From Phoronis australis (Eukaryota; Animalia; Phoronida), in the NCBI GenBank assembly GCA_002633005.1, contig NMRA01000384.1, forward strand, positions 35,958 through 99,957: a DNA stretch of 64,000 nt, written 5' to 3'. The first letter of the stretch is position 1, and the number at the start of each line of letters is the position of its first letter. Positions 1-12,600 of this stretch are shown here, piece after piece. A program made the translations under genes and the position numbers. The notes beneath the pieces were generated by a model. The model ran no database searches and was not told the DNA's origin. It saw only the letters and a list, made by a program, of their open reading frames with translations.

Positions 1-436
1 TTAAGTCAGATGGCTATTTCTGAATGAGTAAAACTCACTTGAGCAGAAGTGCAGAATATACATTTAACTGCAAGTTACTGAGATAACTTCCATAAATTAT
101 TTCTGGAGTCTGCAATGTGAAGTGGGAGAGTGCAAGACCAAATTTCTGTCTTAAGTCTTAAGTGACTTTTCCTGAAACAGACTCCAGTAATAAAAATAAA
201 TGACCAGGCTGTATTATGCTTTTGCTCAACTCCTTATATAAAAAGCATGATTACAAAAGATACAAAGTTATCTATCTTTCTTCCTTTCTAATCACAAGTT
301 TCAATACACTTCATTTTATACATCCTACCAAAGTCTACCAGACCAAGAATGATATATGCAACATAAGGACAATTCTTCGAAATCGAAACAAAAAAATCTG
401 TAAGCCGATACCCTACAATACTGACTCACAGGGCAC

Positions 437-442
437 TTTATT
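437..442 (-). promoter_or_regulatory. Candidate polyadenylation signal (AATAAA) for FKBP15
   Basis: tttatt on the plus strand, about 90 nt past the stop codon. Confidence 0.3.
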
Positions 443-531
443 TTATCCATACGCAACATTTCCTTGCTTGAAGTGAAGGACACAAAAAATCCGCCCTCCT
501 CAAATTGCCATCTGCTAATTGGATGATGCCA

Positions 532-606
532 TCAACTCAACCAGTCAAGATCATCATCATCATCCTCATCACCAAATAAGGGCGGTGGAGGCTTCTCCTT
601 CAAATC
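532..606 (-). CDS. FKBP15: FKBP15 last coding exon ([24 protein letters not shown])
   Basis: cattttag| acceptor, TGA at 534-532; matches the FKBP15 C-terminal [11 protein letters not shown] signature. Confidence 0.92.
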   Translation of the reverse strand, partial: DLKEKPPPPLFGDEDDDDDLDWLS

Positions 607-3600
607 CTAAAATGGAGGAAAATGTTATTTTTGTGGAAATCTCCAACAATTTCAAACACTTGTCTAAGTGAAAGCATCTATTGATTTTGTGTTATGCGTT
701 CAGAACCAGATGTTGAAGTCATTATGTATTGCAACTCCCAGCTAAACTAGCATCTAATAGATAAACTTTTAGTTGAACCCTGAACTAGAGCTCAACTTCC
801 TGCTGAAGTTTTAATTATGAACAAAGCACCAAATGAAGCTTTGATAACAGTTGAACTATCGGTTGAAACTTCAACTAGAGTTGAACTACCAGCTGAGGTT
901 TCAGCTAGTGTTGAACTACGGGCTGAGACTTCGACTAGAGTTGAACAAGCAACAGAAACTTCACCAACAAGCTGTGTCTGTTGAAAGTTCAGGACAGAGA
1001 GTTGAGCCTCAAATGCTCATTTCAGAGGCCCACATTCCAATGCTGTTATCACTGGCAGACACTCAAACATTGCACGGCCATGTCTCTGAGCTCAGTCTTA
1101 ACTGTGCAAGGGAGTGAATGAGAGCCTGGGTAATACGTGAAAATGATTTCCAGGGGTGTGCTAACGTTTTAAAATTTCAAGGACAAAACCACAAAATGCA
1201 GCTGCAAGAAATTGGTTTGATGAAAAGAAGTGGAAGAATCCCTCAAGACCCGAGCAAAGCTACCACCAGTCTTTCAAATTAAAACAAAAGAAATGTCCGC
1301 TTACTTTCGGCGTGTACGGAAAACAGCATCTATTGAGAACATTGACCAGAAACTTCCACTTACATCATCATCATCATCCACAGGTTTCTTCTTTGTCTTC
1401 AAGAAGTCAGCACCAAAAGTATCCTCCACTGTAGTGTCAGCACCAAATAAGGGCCTGAAGAAAAAATAAAATGTTCGTTGCAGTGTATCCACATTGAACT
1501 AAAATAATCTCTGCAACTCAGAGCTGTAGGAAAAATTTTCACAATCTTTCGAAGCAAGCCGCTAATTCAATGCCGAAAATGGAAATGACAACTGTGCTCA
1601 TTTTGGGGTTGAAAGGGTAAGTAGTCCGCATAGTGGCTTAGAATTTTGCAGATGGTTGTGAATCATAGGTGTTGTTCACACACGATAGGCCTTTTAAAAT
1701 TGACACTAGAGGTCAGTGAAATCAGTTCTTTGTGAACCCTGCTCTTAGTCATAGAACTGTCCCAGCTGGGCTGTGTAAGTAAACACTGCTTTATTATGGT
1801 TTATGGTCAAGGCTGAAAAGGTAAGTGTTTTATTACCCCCTGTGAATTTTGAATAGCCAAACCTCCAATGCTATTGATTTTCACACGACAACAGGATACT
1901 ACCCTTAACCATGATGGAAGTAGACACAATCTGTTACCAGTCTATATCCTACAGTCAGTGGACCATAACATCAGGTGACGGTCAGTAGTACAGTTATCAC
2001 TTCCATTTTCGGCAAATAAAGACTGAGATGTTCCCATCAAATGCTGTTTCCAACAGCAGTAGCATAGCTTTGTGTTCAATGTAAATAACAAATGTATTGA
2101 CATAGCATCTGAAATGAGTGCAAGTTGTTCTGTGGCAAAAGATGTTTAATGTACACGTACACCAAACTATAGTCACCTACTTAACACAGTAAGTCAAACC
2201 CGGGACAAAATGAAAATCAAATCAGGGCACATGATAGTCATAAATGGTGCAATAGTGATAAGACTACAATTACCAAGATGTCACATTACACACATTTTCG
2301 ACAGAATAAAAAATACAAGGTCTCATCAATTGACATTAACAGCCAGTAGCTTCATGAAGTGCTGGCTACATTGATTTCCTGCTGATCAAAAACTGGCAAT
2401 AGTTGAACAGTTTTTTCCTCACTGGCAAACAATGTATTTTTGTCAGATTTCCATCAGGATTTTCACTATAAGTTCACCCAAGCTATATGGATTTTACCAG
2501 AAGCTCATCAGCTTGCCTGAACGCTACAGTCGGAGTATTCAAAGGCAGTAGTAGCCGCCAGGAAAATGTTACGGTACAGGAATTTTTCACCCTGGCATCA
2601 TGTGAACATGATTTTTGATTCCGAAAGTGCCAGACAAAAATAACACATGGCTTTATACGTAACTCGAGTCAATTTACGGTATGACCACAAAGAATCTTCA
2701 CCAGTATTTAAAAAGTCACTTACATGTCATCATCGTCACCAAACAGAGGGTTGGACTGTTTCTGTTTAGGTGACGGCTTCTTCTCCGTAGTCTTTGATTC
2801 TATAACAAACGGGAGACAAGTAAAATAAAATTCCAACATCTGAGACAAAAATGACACAATCAGCGTCACCTGTCAAAACAATTGTTTTAATTGTTCTTCA
2901 GTATGGTGAATTCCCTTTCCCAAAGAGACATAATTAGACCACAAATTGGAATCAACTAAGGGAGCGTTTGCAACTACCACCATTTTGATGAGCATATCAA
3001 CCAGTAGCGTGCAGAAGTTTGGCGATGTCCGGGCAATTTCTTAAAGGTGCCCCCTCTCTACTCAAATGCATGGAACTTAGTGCTAAGTAAAGTAAGCAAA
3101 GATGAACCATAATACAGAAACTTGAATTTAACCTCAAACCAGTCACAGTTTATTCATAGTGATTGGATGCCCCACAAAGTTTATGCCTCGGGCCATTGGC
3201 CCCCCTTCTGCAAGGTACTGGTACAAACTGCAGGCTTTAAGGGGGAGGGGTCGGATGGGCATGCTGCTTTCGTACACAATGTCTGTCAGAATATAGTCTG
3301 GTTGTATTGTTTTGTTTTGTTATTCTGTTCGATTGGCATGACCCCTGAGTTAAGTACAGTGATGATGTAATTTGTTTACTACAAAATAGTGTGGAACTTT
3401 CTAGAAGACTGAGGTCAGAACAGTGATGATCTAATTTGTTTACTGCAGTATAGTGTGGAACTTTCTAGAAGACTATAGCATGACAGTGATCAATGCAGTC
3501 TGGAATATTCTAGAGACTAGTATGTGTTTGTAGAATGGTTGGGTAGATTCAGGAAAGTTCTAAAATGTGCTTGAATTGATGTAAAGTTCCAGAACAATGC

Positions 3601-6600
3601 ATTAGGCTATAAATACACAAGCACAGGTTTGTGTTAGTCAGATCAAGTCAGTTCAAGAAGAGATCAAGTCAGAGAGATCAAGTCGGGAGATCAAGTCAGG
3701 TCAAGTCAGTTCAAGAAAGTTAATCAGGAGAATTACAGTTGAGTTGCAGTGAAGAGAATCAGCAGTTACAGCGATAGTCAATAGAGAGCCAGGTATAGAG
3801 ACAGCACAGCAGGTTATTGAATCAACGAGTGTAACAGTTGCTGAACGTGTCTCAGAAGTTCATCACAAGTCAAGGCTTTGCAGCATTGGCTGGAGCATAA
3901 ACGGATATTACGTCGGACGTTTTGTTTGAGTAGGCTTGTGAACGTACGGTCGGGATTAATAATGGATTAACTCGAACCAGTCTTCAGTCAATCGTCGTAC
4001 CGAAAGCTATTAGCACCGGTCTGTAACAACCTGCGCCCACCCACACACGGGGAAAAACGTGACAATGTCCAATAACAGATGTCAACATTTTCAAATACTT
4101 GTTCACACCATAAATCTTGATAAAACAAGCAATAGCAGAATTGTTTTCAAAATCCAACCCTGCAAAAACACAACACTCCCGGAATTGTTTGAAAAACTTT
4201 TTAAAGCATATCAGAGTGCAAACCAACACCGGCATTCAACTTAGAACCACATGTCTAGCAGTTTCACAGATACAAAACATACACCTTACAAAAACATCAC
4301 CCTTTTTGTAGACTTTCAGGGGAAGGATGGGGCTTGGAAACAGCGTGTGGTTTGTATGCTCGCAAAAATGATGATAATTATGAACAGTCCCGAAAACGAA
4401 GAATCTACTGATTGCACACCAATAATGGTAGTCCACTAATTGGAGTCTTGTAAATGTAGTCTACTAATTGCATTCTTCTAATTGTAGTCTACTAATTGAA
4501 GTCCACTAATTGGAGTCTACTAATTGAAGTCTACTAATTGAAGTACACTGAAGTCCACTAATTGAAGTCCACTAATTGGAGTCCACTTCGAATTTTAACT
4601 TGATTGATGCAATTGTTTGTTTCTGGTTCTGACTTGGCCAAACTACCGCTATGAGAGACTTAGTTTTTTGTTTTCCCAAGGTTTACAAACAACAGAGCCG
4701 CAAGTGCTCAAAGTTGCACCAGTCCATACTCCGTGTCAGGTTAAATTAAATTTTCATCTGGTCAAAGTCTGTTGGATGATCGCTGGTCACTTATTAAGAT
4801 TTCCAAAAAAGCAAGTTATGTCCTACCAAAGCTTAACATGTTTGAGAACTCCTCATACCAGAAACAAAAATCCCATTCTTTTTTCAAAAAGTGACATGTT
4901 GTTACTGATAAAACAACTAAAGGCCCGTTCACACTAAGTGATTTGCCTGCAGTGCAACCGTTGAGCGATGACTCATTGCTAAGTTTGGACATGCCATCGC
5001 AGTTAGCAGACGTATCACTCGATCGTCAATGGTAGCTTAGCAATTTGTCTACGTGCAACGCAACTACAGCTCCATGCAGACAAATCGCTAAGAGCAGACA
5101 GGGCTTTAGAAATACTAGACTAACCTGCAGTGACCCCCTTGTCTCCAGTAATATGGGCTACTGAAGGCTGAATTTTGTCTTCACTTTCATCTAATGGAAC
5201 ACCTTTATCCCCAGTGATGTATGCCTTGGAGGGTATTATTGCATCTTCACTTGAATCCATTGGAAAACCCTTGTCCCCAGTGATCAAGCCCTTCGAAGGC
5301 GTTATTTCATCTTCATTTGCAGCCAATGGAACACCTCTGTCACCAGTGATGAAGGCCTTCGAAGGCATTATTTCATCTTCACTAGCAGCCATTGGAACAC
5401 CTTTGTCACCAGTGATGTGTGCCTTAGTAGGATCAATTGTTCCCTCATTTGAAGCCATAGGAACACCTCTATCCCCAGTAATGTATGCCGTAGATGGCTC
5501 TATTGTATCTTCAGCTGAAACTAGTGGAACACCTTTGTCACCTGTGATGTATGCTTTAGAAGGCTCTACAGTGTCTTCATTTGAAGCCATTGGAACTCCC
5601 TTATCTCCAGTGATGTACGCTTTAGAGGGCTCTATCATGTCTTCATCTGAAGCCATTGGAACTCCCTTATCTCCAGTTATATATGCTTTAGAAGGCTCTA
5701 TCGTGTCTTCATTTGAAGCCATTGGAACTCCCTTATCTCCAGTGACGTATGCTTTAGAAGGCACTATTGTGTCTTCAGTGGAAGCTATTGGAACACCTTT
5801 GTCACCAGTGATGTATGCTTTAGACGGCTTTATTGTTTCTTCAGAGGAAGCTATTGGAACACCTTTGTCACCAGTGATATATGCCTTAGAAGGCTCTATT
5901 GTGTCTTCACTTGAAGCGATTGGAATACCTTTGTCACCAGTGATATATGCCTTAGAAGGCTCAATTACATCTTCCACTGAACCTATTGGAACACCTTTGT
6001 CGCCAGTAATATGAGCTTTTGAAGGCTCAATAGCATTTTCTTTAACACCCACGCCATCTTCACTCTCATCATCATCTTCATCATCATCATGCTCTTCTAA
6101 ATCTTCTTCTACTTCTTCTTCTTCTTCTTCTTCCTCTTCATCTTCTTCATCATCTACGTCATCCTTCCCCTTAGTAACTAGCTTCAAGGTAACCATCTGT
6201 AACAACCCAAAAACATAATCAACAGACAAAAACAAAGGATACGTTGATGAGAAGAACTGCACCATCAGAACAACTCCAACAAGAATGAAATCTGTGGCTG
6301 AACAAAAGTAATTACAGGTAAAAATTCATTTACTACAAACTCGTTTGTTGTGGATGACTCAAATGCTTCCACCCTCATATAAGGGCCCTTTTCTACTTAC
6401 TTTGCTTTAGTGAGATTTTGTTGTTTTCCAAAAATAGTTGTGTGGATCTTAACACCAAATTTCTAATATTTAAGTCTTAAATAACTTTTCATGAAACAAG
6501 ACGACTGATTCAGAAGTTAATGTCTCACAACAGCCACACAACTACATAACGTGCTAGTCCCAGTACTTTGAGGGTTGGTTTTCTTCACAGTCTTTCAGAA

Positions 6601-9600
6601 ATTGATCAATAGCCTAAAATTAGTCTTAATTCAAACCATCACAACTAACTCAGTCAACACATAACAACAACACTACAAAAATGTCATGCTATTTGACTGC
6701 AAGATGCCATGCAGCACAGGGTTGTTGCTTGAGCGGGTAAAACAATATCAAAATTTAATAGCTTTGGTTAGTTATTAGGAGGAACTGATACTTGTTGTGT
6801 GTCCAGTAACACAGGCACTAGAAAACACTTGTCAACAACATTCACTTTTGCTAATTTGGACTAAAGAATCCGACTCTCAAATCCGATGAGTTGAGGTTAT
6901 AAACATCGACATGCTCAGAATGACTTGTTCTAAACCACAGTGAAACTGGATAGTGATGATTTGTAACAGAATATTACTTAAAATGAGATAATCCGTTAAA
7001 CTCTCTAAAATTCACAAACTCAGGTTGTCAAACACAATAGCCATTTTTGTTGAGACGAAACAGTTGTTTTGCCATGACTGGTTAACATCTCATCGAACAA
7101 TCTATTAGAAGCCTGATGCAGACAACTTCCCATCTGTTATCAAACTGGGTTTAATGCCACCATTACCCTGATTGTTTTAAAAATTCTCAAATTCTGGACG
7201 GTCTCTGAGAATTTGAGCAATGAAAACTCACGCAAAAATAGTCTGTAATTTGAGACGAGGGCGAATTTGGAATCTCCAATTCAGACAATGTGTTTTCAAC
7301 CTAGAGAGTGGGTAATTTTGCCATCTTTCCAGTGATTCTAGAATTTGGCACTGTCAATATTGCCTATTTCTAGAATTTGGGACCAACTCCGACTTTGAGC
7401 AAAATATTTTTCACCAAACCCATTAAGCTTTACTGGAGAATTAATTTCCGGACTCAGAAAAAAACTAACAGCTAGTTATTAATTGAGGCCTTAATAGGCG
7501 TATGAAGGTGTCAAGCCACGTTACCCAGTCTTTCTTCTGATACTTCATGTGCAAGGGTAAGTAAATGTGTGGACTGCACTTAAGAGTAGGGTTCATTGAA
7601 CTTGCACGTCAATTTCAAATGGTCTATTGTATGCAAATGGCNNNNNNNNNNNNNNNNNNNNNNNNNNNNNNNNNNNNNNNNNNNNNNNNNNNNNNNNNNN
7701 NNNNNNNNNNNNNNNNNNNNNNNNNNNNNNNNNNNNNNNNNNNNNNNNNNNNNNNNNNNNNNNNNNNNNNNNNNNNNNNNNNNNNNNNNNNNNNNNNNNN
7801 NNNNNNNNNNNNNNNNNNNNNNNNNNNNNNNNNNNNNNNNNNNNNNNNNNNNNNNNNNNNNNTTCATGAAAATCCGTTCAGGACTTTTGAAGATACAAAG
7901 GTAAGCGTAAAAAACTAAAATTTCCACTAGGGGGCACACCGGTTGTCGGATCCGTCCGAAAGTTCGCACATGCCGTCCCATTCATGAATGGAACATATGT
8001 GCCAAATTTCATGAACGTATGTCAAAGGGTTTTGGAGATAGAGCAGCGGACGCCGGACCCCAGACGCCGGACGGACGCCGCCCGGACGGACGGACGGACA
8101 GAGATGACGGCATAATGCGTCCACATATAAATATGTGGGCGCATAAAAATGTCATGCTATTTGACTGCATGATGCCATGCAGCACAGGGTTGTTGCTTGA
8201 GCGGGTAAAACAATATCAAAATTTAATAGCTTTGGTTAGTTATTAGGAGGAGCTGATACTTGTGTGTCCAGTAACACAGGCACTAGAAAACACTTGTCAA
8301 CAACATTCACTTTTGCTAATTTGGACTAAAGAATCCGACTCTCAAATCCGATGAGTTGAGGTTATAAACATTGACATGCTCAGAATGACTTGTTCTAAAC
8401 CACAGTGAAACTCGATAGTGATGATTTGTAACTGAATATTACTTAAAATGAGATAATCTGTTAAACTCTCTAAAATTCACAAACTCAGGTTGTCAAACAC
8501 AATAGCCATTTTTGTTGAGACGAAACAGTTTTTTTGCCATGACTGGTTAACATCTCATCGAACAATCTATTAGAAGCCTGATGCAGATAATTTACCCTCT
8601 GTTGTCAAACTGGGTTTAATGCCACCATTACCCGGATTGTTTTAAAAATTCTCAAATTCTGGACAGTCTCTGAGAATTTGAGCAATGAAAACTCACGCAA
8701 AAATAGTCTGTAATTTGAGACAAGGGCGAATTTGGAATCTCAAATTCAGACAATGTGTTTTCAACCTAGAGAGTGGGCAATTTTGCCATCTTTCCAGTGA
8801 TTCTAGAATTTGGCACTGTCAATATCGCCTATTTCTAGAATTTGGGACAAACTCCGACTTTGAGCAAAATATTTTTCACCTAACCCATTAAGCTTCACTG
8901 GAGAATTAATTTCCGGACTCAGAAAAAAACGAACAGCTAGTTATTGATTGAGGCCTTAATAGGCGTATGAAGGTGTCAAGCCACGTTACCCAGCCTTTCT
9001 TCTGATACTTCATGTTCAAGGGTAAGTAAATGTGTGGACTGCACTTAAGAGTAGGGTTCATTGAACTTGCACGTCAATTTCAAATGGTCTATTGTATGCA
9101 AATGGCATTCATGATTTACAATTGAAAAATTCTAAGCCACAAGTACGTGGAATAGTTACCCCTCCCCCCATCCAAAAAGTGAGACCATACTTATTACGAC
9201 AAGTGGTCTAACTCAAAAGTGTGTTCAGAGCGGTCCAATCAGTTATTGTTAATAGTCTGGAGGGTAATACAGTGTTATCCTCTGAATGTAGTGTAAAATT
9301 TGCTGGTACGTAACTACTCAAACAACAAGCCATATTGCACACACCTCACTTACAGGGGACACGGATTTTGTGAACCAATATCACCCCCCTTACTCAGCAG
9401 ACTACGAAACTGGATCTCAAAATCTGGGACCCCATATTGAATACCATTATATCGCGTCACTTACAAACAGTCCCTGGGATTCTAGCAGAAAAAATGGGTT
9501 AGGTGTATATTAGAAAAAGGTAAAAGATTGGATACGTGTCTTTGCCTCAGAATTGGAAAAAGATACCTAACATATCAATGTATAGTTTCATCATCACTAA

Positions 9601-12600
9601 ATATATACCGAATTTAACTGTATGAAATATTACCTCAATACTAAAGAAGGACCCATGTCATTAATATCATTTAATATGTATCATAATACAATTAAGATTT
9701 CCAGACCAACGTTGCTGAAACGCCGACCGACATGAATACCCAAATCATGAAAACCATACCCATATATATTGATGATGCATGGGTACCTACACCAACAGTG
9801 AAGGACCCCGGAAAAGAGTGTCACTCAGTTAAAGGAAAGGGACAACCTCTCCCACGTGCACACTTAATACATTTAGATTACCTACAGCAGAGCCTATACC
9901 TGGTAAAAGAACATTGCACAATAAATACATTGTAGATGCATTTAGTTAGTTGAACTGGCAGATTTTAAAGACCCTTGTATACTAACTTAACTCCAGCATG
10001 AAAGAAGCATCGATGTAAACCATTCACATCACCTTCAGTAACATTGAAGTAAACAGTAGGTGACACAGTAGGTGTCGTCATCGAAGTAACCCTGATAGCA
10101 GTGGCCCCTACTGATAATTTCGGTGAGACCGAAACATCGACGCTCCGCCAACAAATCCACCAGGGTTTACTGCAAAGTTAACTGGCGCTGTTAACCTTGA
10201 TTCAGGACCAAAGTTAACTGTTCATAATGACCGTAACTCTCCACAACTATCGACACTAGTATGAAAGGGCCTTAAAACACTAGGTAAACAGCAATTTCAG
10301 CAAGATAAAAACTGCTATGGAGTGGGCAGGCACAACCGACTCAGTTTAAAAAAAAAACAGACCACAACCAACCAAATGCTTTTTTGGCCTTGCCCGCCAT
10401 TGTGTGTCATCACCCGTCATTTTTGCCGAATAAGCTGTCATGATGGAAAATGATGTTTTGTAAAAATACTGTTGGCGCGTTGTGATTTTTTTTAAAATCT
10501 TGATACAGAGAACAAAATGTTCAATACCTGGAGTTAACCCCAGAATGCTCTAGAAAGCATTATATTTGCTGGGTGCATAGTGTAAATCACAAGACAATTA
10601 TTAGTAGATCATTACCAGCAATATTGAAACCGTGAACTGCGCATGCGCGAAAATCACTCAGTTAGCCCCCTTCAGGATACATGGGATTCGCAGAAAACAC
10701 AGCGTGAGGGTCTTATTTGTGAATCAATCACATTTGCCGATAGCACATAACATAGATAAGTATTTTGTTAAAAACGTGGCCAAGTTTCATCAAAATTGGA
10801 AAAAAATTTATGTTTAACATGGTATGGTCAAAGTTTTGGCTTATTTTGTCGCTTCGATCAGTGGAATCGCCGCTAAAAACCCGAAAGTGCATGTGAGAAA
10901 ACGATAATTTTCGACCAAGCCTTTCATGTGCGGTTAGTTGCCGATAGACCCAACAGATGTCAGTATAATCAAGATTGAAATGCAAGAGTTTGAAGAAAAT
11001 TAGACAAAATTTTGTATTTAACATGGGGTCGCCGAAAATTGCCAATTTTGGCCTTTTGATATCAGTTTATCATCATAGACTACCATTAGTGGGTCTAGTT
11101 AATTCGAAGTTTTTGGTTAAATCACTGATAATATCCACACCAGTATACTAATAAACGTTTTCTCTATATATAGTAGTTTGATTCCAAAGCAATAAGTAGT
11201 GCGTACAACAGAAATTGGCCCTTGACCGGCCCGGCCCATAGTAGTATGGGAGCTAAAATTCAGCGTAAAACTCACCTGAGATGTTTACGATCCACTTTAG
11301 GGAAAAAAAACCTCGTTGTACCTAACAATAATTTGTTTCCGAGTACTTCGGGCATGGTTTAAAATTGAAAGGGGCCAGTACAAGTTGAATTTATGAGAAT
11401 TGTATCGTTGCATTGCGAACTGAAAACTAGTCGATTGAGGTAGTGCGAGATCAGGCAACGAGTAAGGACAGCTTTGATTTGCTTACAAGTGGTGGCTCAT
11501 GATATTGGCCAGACATCTGTAATAATATGTTTTGTCTTTCCTTTTTAACGGAATATATTTGAACTTTGGTAATTTTGGGCTACAAAATGTAGAACAACCT
11601 TTCTGGTGCTTCTCTCCAGTGAGACACACGGAGAGTGAAGCGCTAACTGGTTCATAAGCGATGACCTAGTTTACGCAGAGAACCTGGCGGATGACCTAGT
11701 TTACGAATTGCTGGTAATGTTCTGAATTCAAAACGTCTTCGCCTATCCCCAGTTTGTCAACCCTTTACTGAAAACACAATGCACCTGATGATTACACACA
11801 GGAAGCACGATCACATACCTTAATGGTATTCAACATGGCAGTTAACACCTGCTGTCCCGTGTACGACTCGCTCGCCTGGAACTGAGCTCGCAACGTCTGG
11901 AACACGTTGTTCATGACCTTCTTTACCTATTAGCAGAAACAAAAACACTCAAACATAAAGTTGTAATAGAGAAAATAGAGAATGAATCACTTTCTAAGAG
12001 ATAAATTTACTTGGTGATTCTCTAGTTTCCCAATGCCATTGACAGACGATGAACAAATTTCTAGAATAATGCTATAAGCCGCAGATCATTGCCCATTGAA
12101 AAAATCTGTGATCGATTCAAATGTTTCCAAATACAACTAACTTTAAGTCAAATGCTTGTTGCTTAGCGATTGTCTTGGCAATGGCCACAAATAAAGAATA
12201 GCAAACGCATGGGCATCGCAGCATTTTGGAATGATGGTAGCTCACCGCCATGACAAAATAGGTCAACCATCTGCCACGGTCATAACTAGGTCAATCATCT
12301 GCCACCGTCATAACTAGGTCAATCATCTGCCACAGTCATAACTAGGTCAATCATGTGCCACGGTCATAACTAGGTCAATTATCTGCCACGGTCATAACTA
12401 GGTCAATCATCTGCCATGGACATAACTAAATGAGTACCTAAGTCATGTCTGCTTTACAACAATGCCTGCTTCAATCTACAGTATTGTGATTGTTAAAACT
12501 TTGGATTGACCAGGCTTAACATGAAACCTGCGGGACTTTTCGTGTGAACTTCGAACCATTAGAAACTTGGCCCGTGCCACTGGTGCGTGTACTCAGTCAA

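Larger units (their letters stand above)
6677..9106. repeat. ~960-bp direct duplication (6677-7641 vs 8145-9106) around an N-gap; probable haplotype artefact
   Basis: Near-identical copies with scattered SNPs; the first copy ends exactly at the gap. Confidence 0.85.

Noticed and set aside
5175-6014. 279-aa plus-strand ORF with GTPLSPV repeats
   Set aside because: Antisense shadow of the FKBP15 repeat exon; the minus-strand frame has the splice sites and gene continuity.
5120-6265. 381-aa ORF as a stand-alone gene
   Set aside because: Its first 23 codons are intronic; the acceptor at 6197 and donor at 5124 place it in frame inside FKBP15.
7565-7981. ORFs containing long X runs
   Set aside because: Artefacts of translating through the N-gap.
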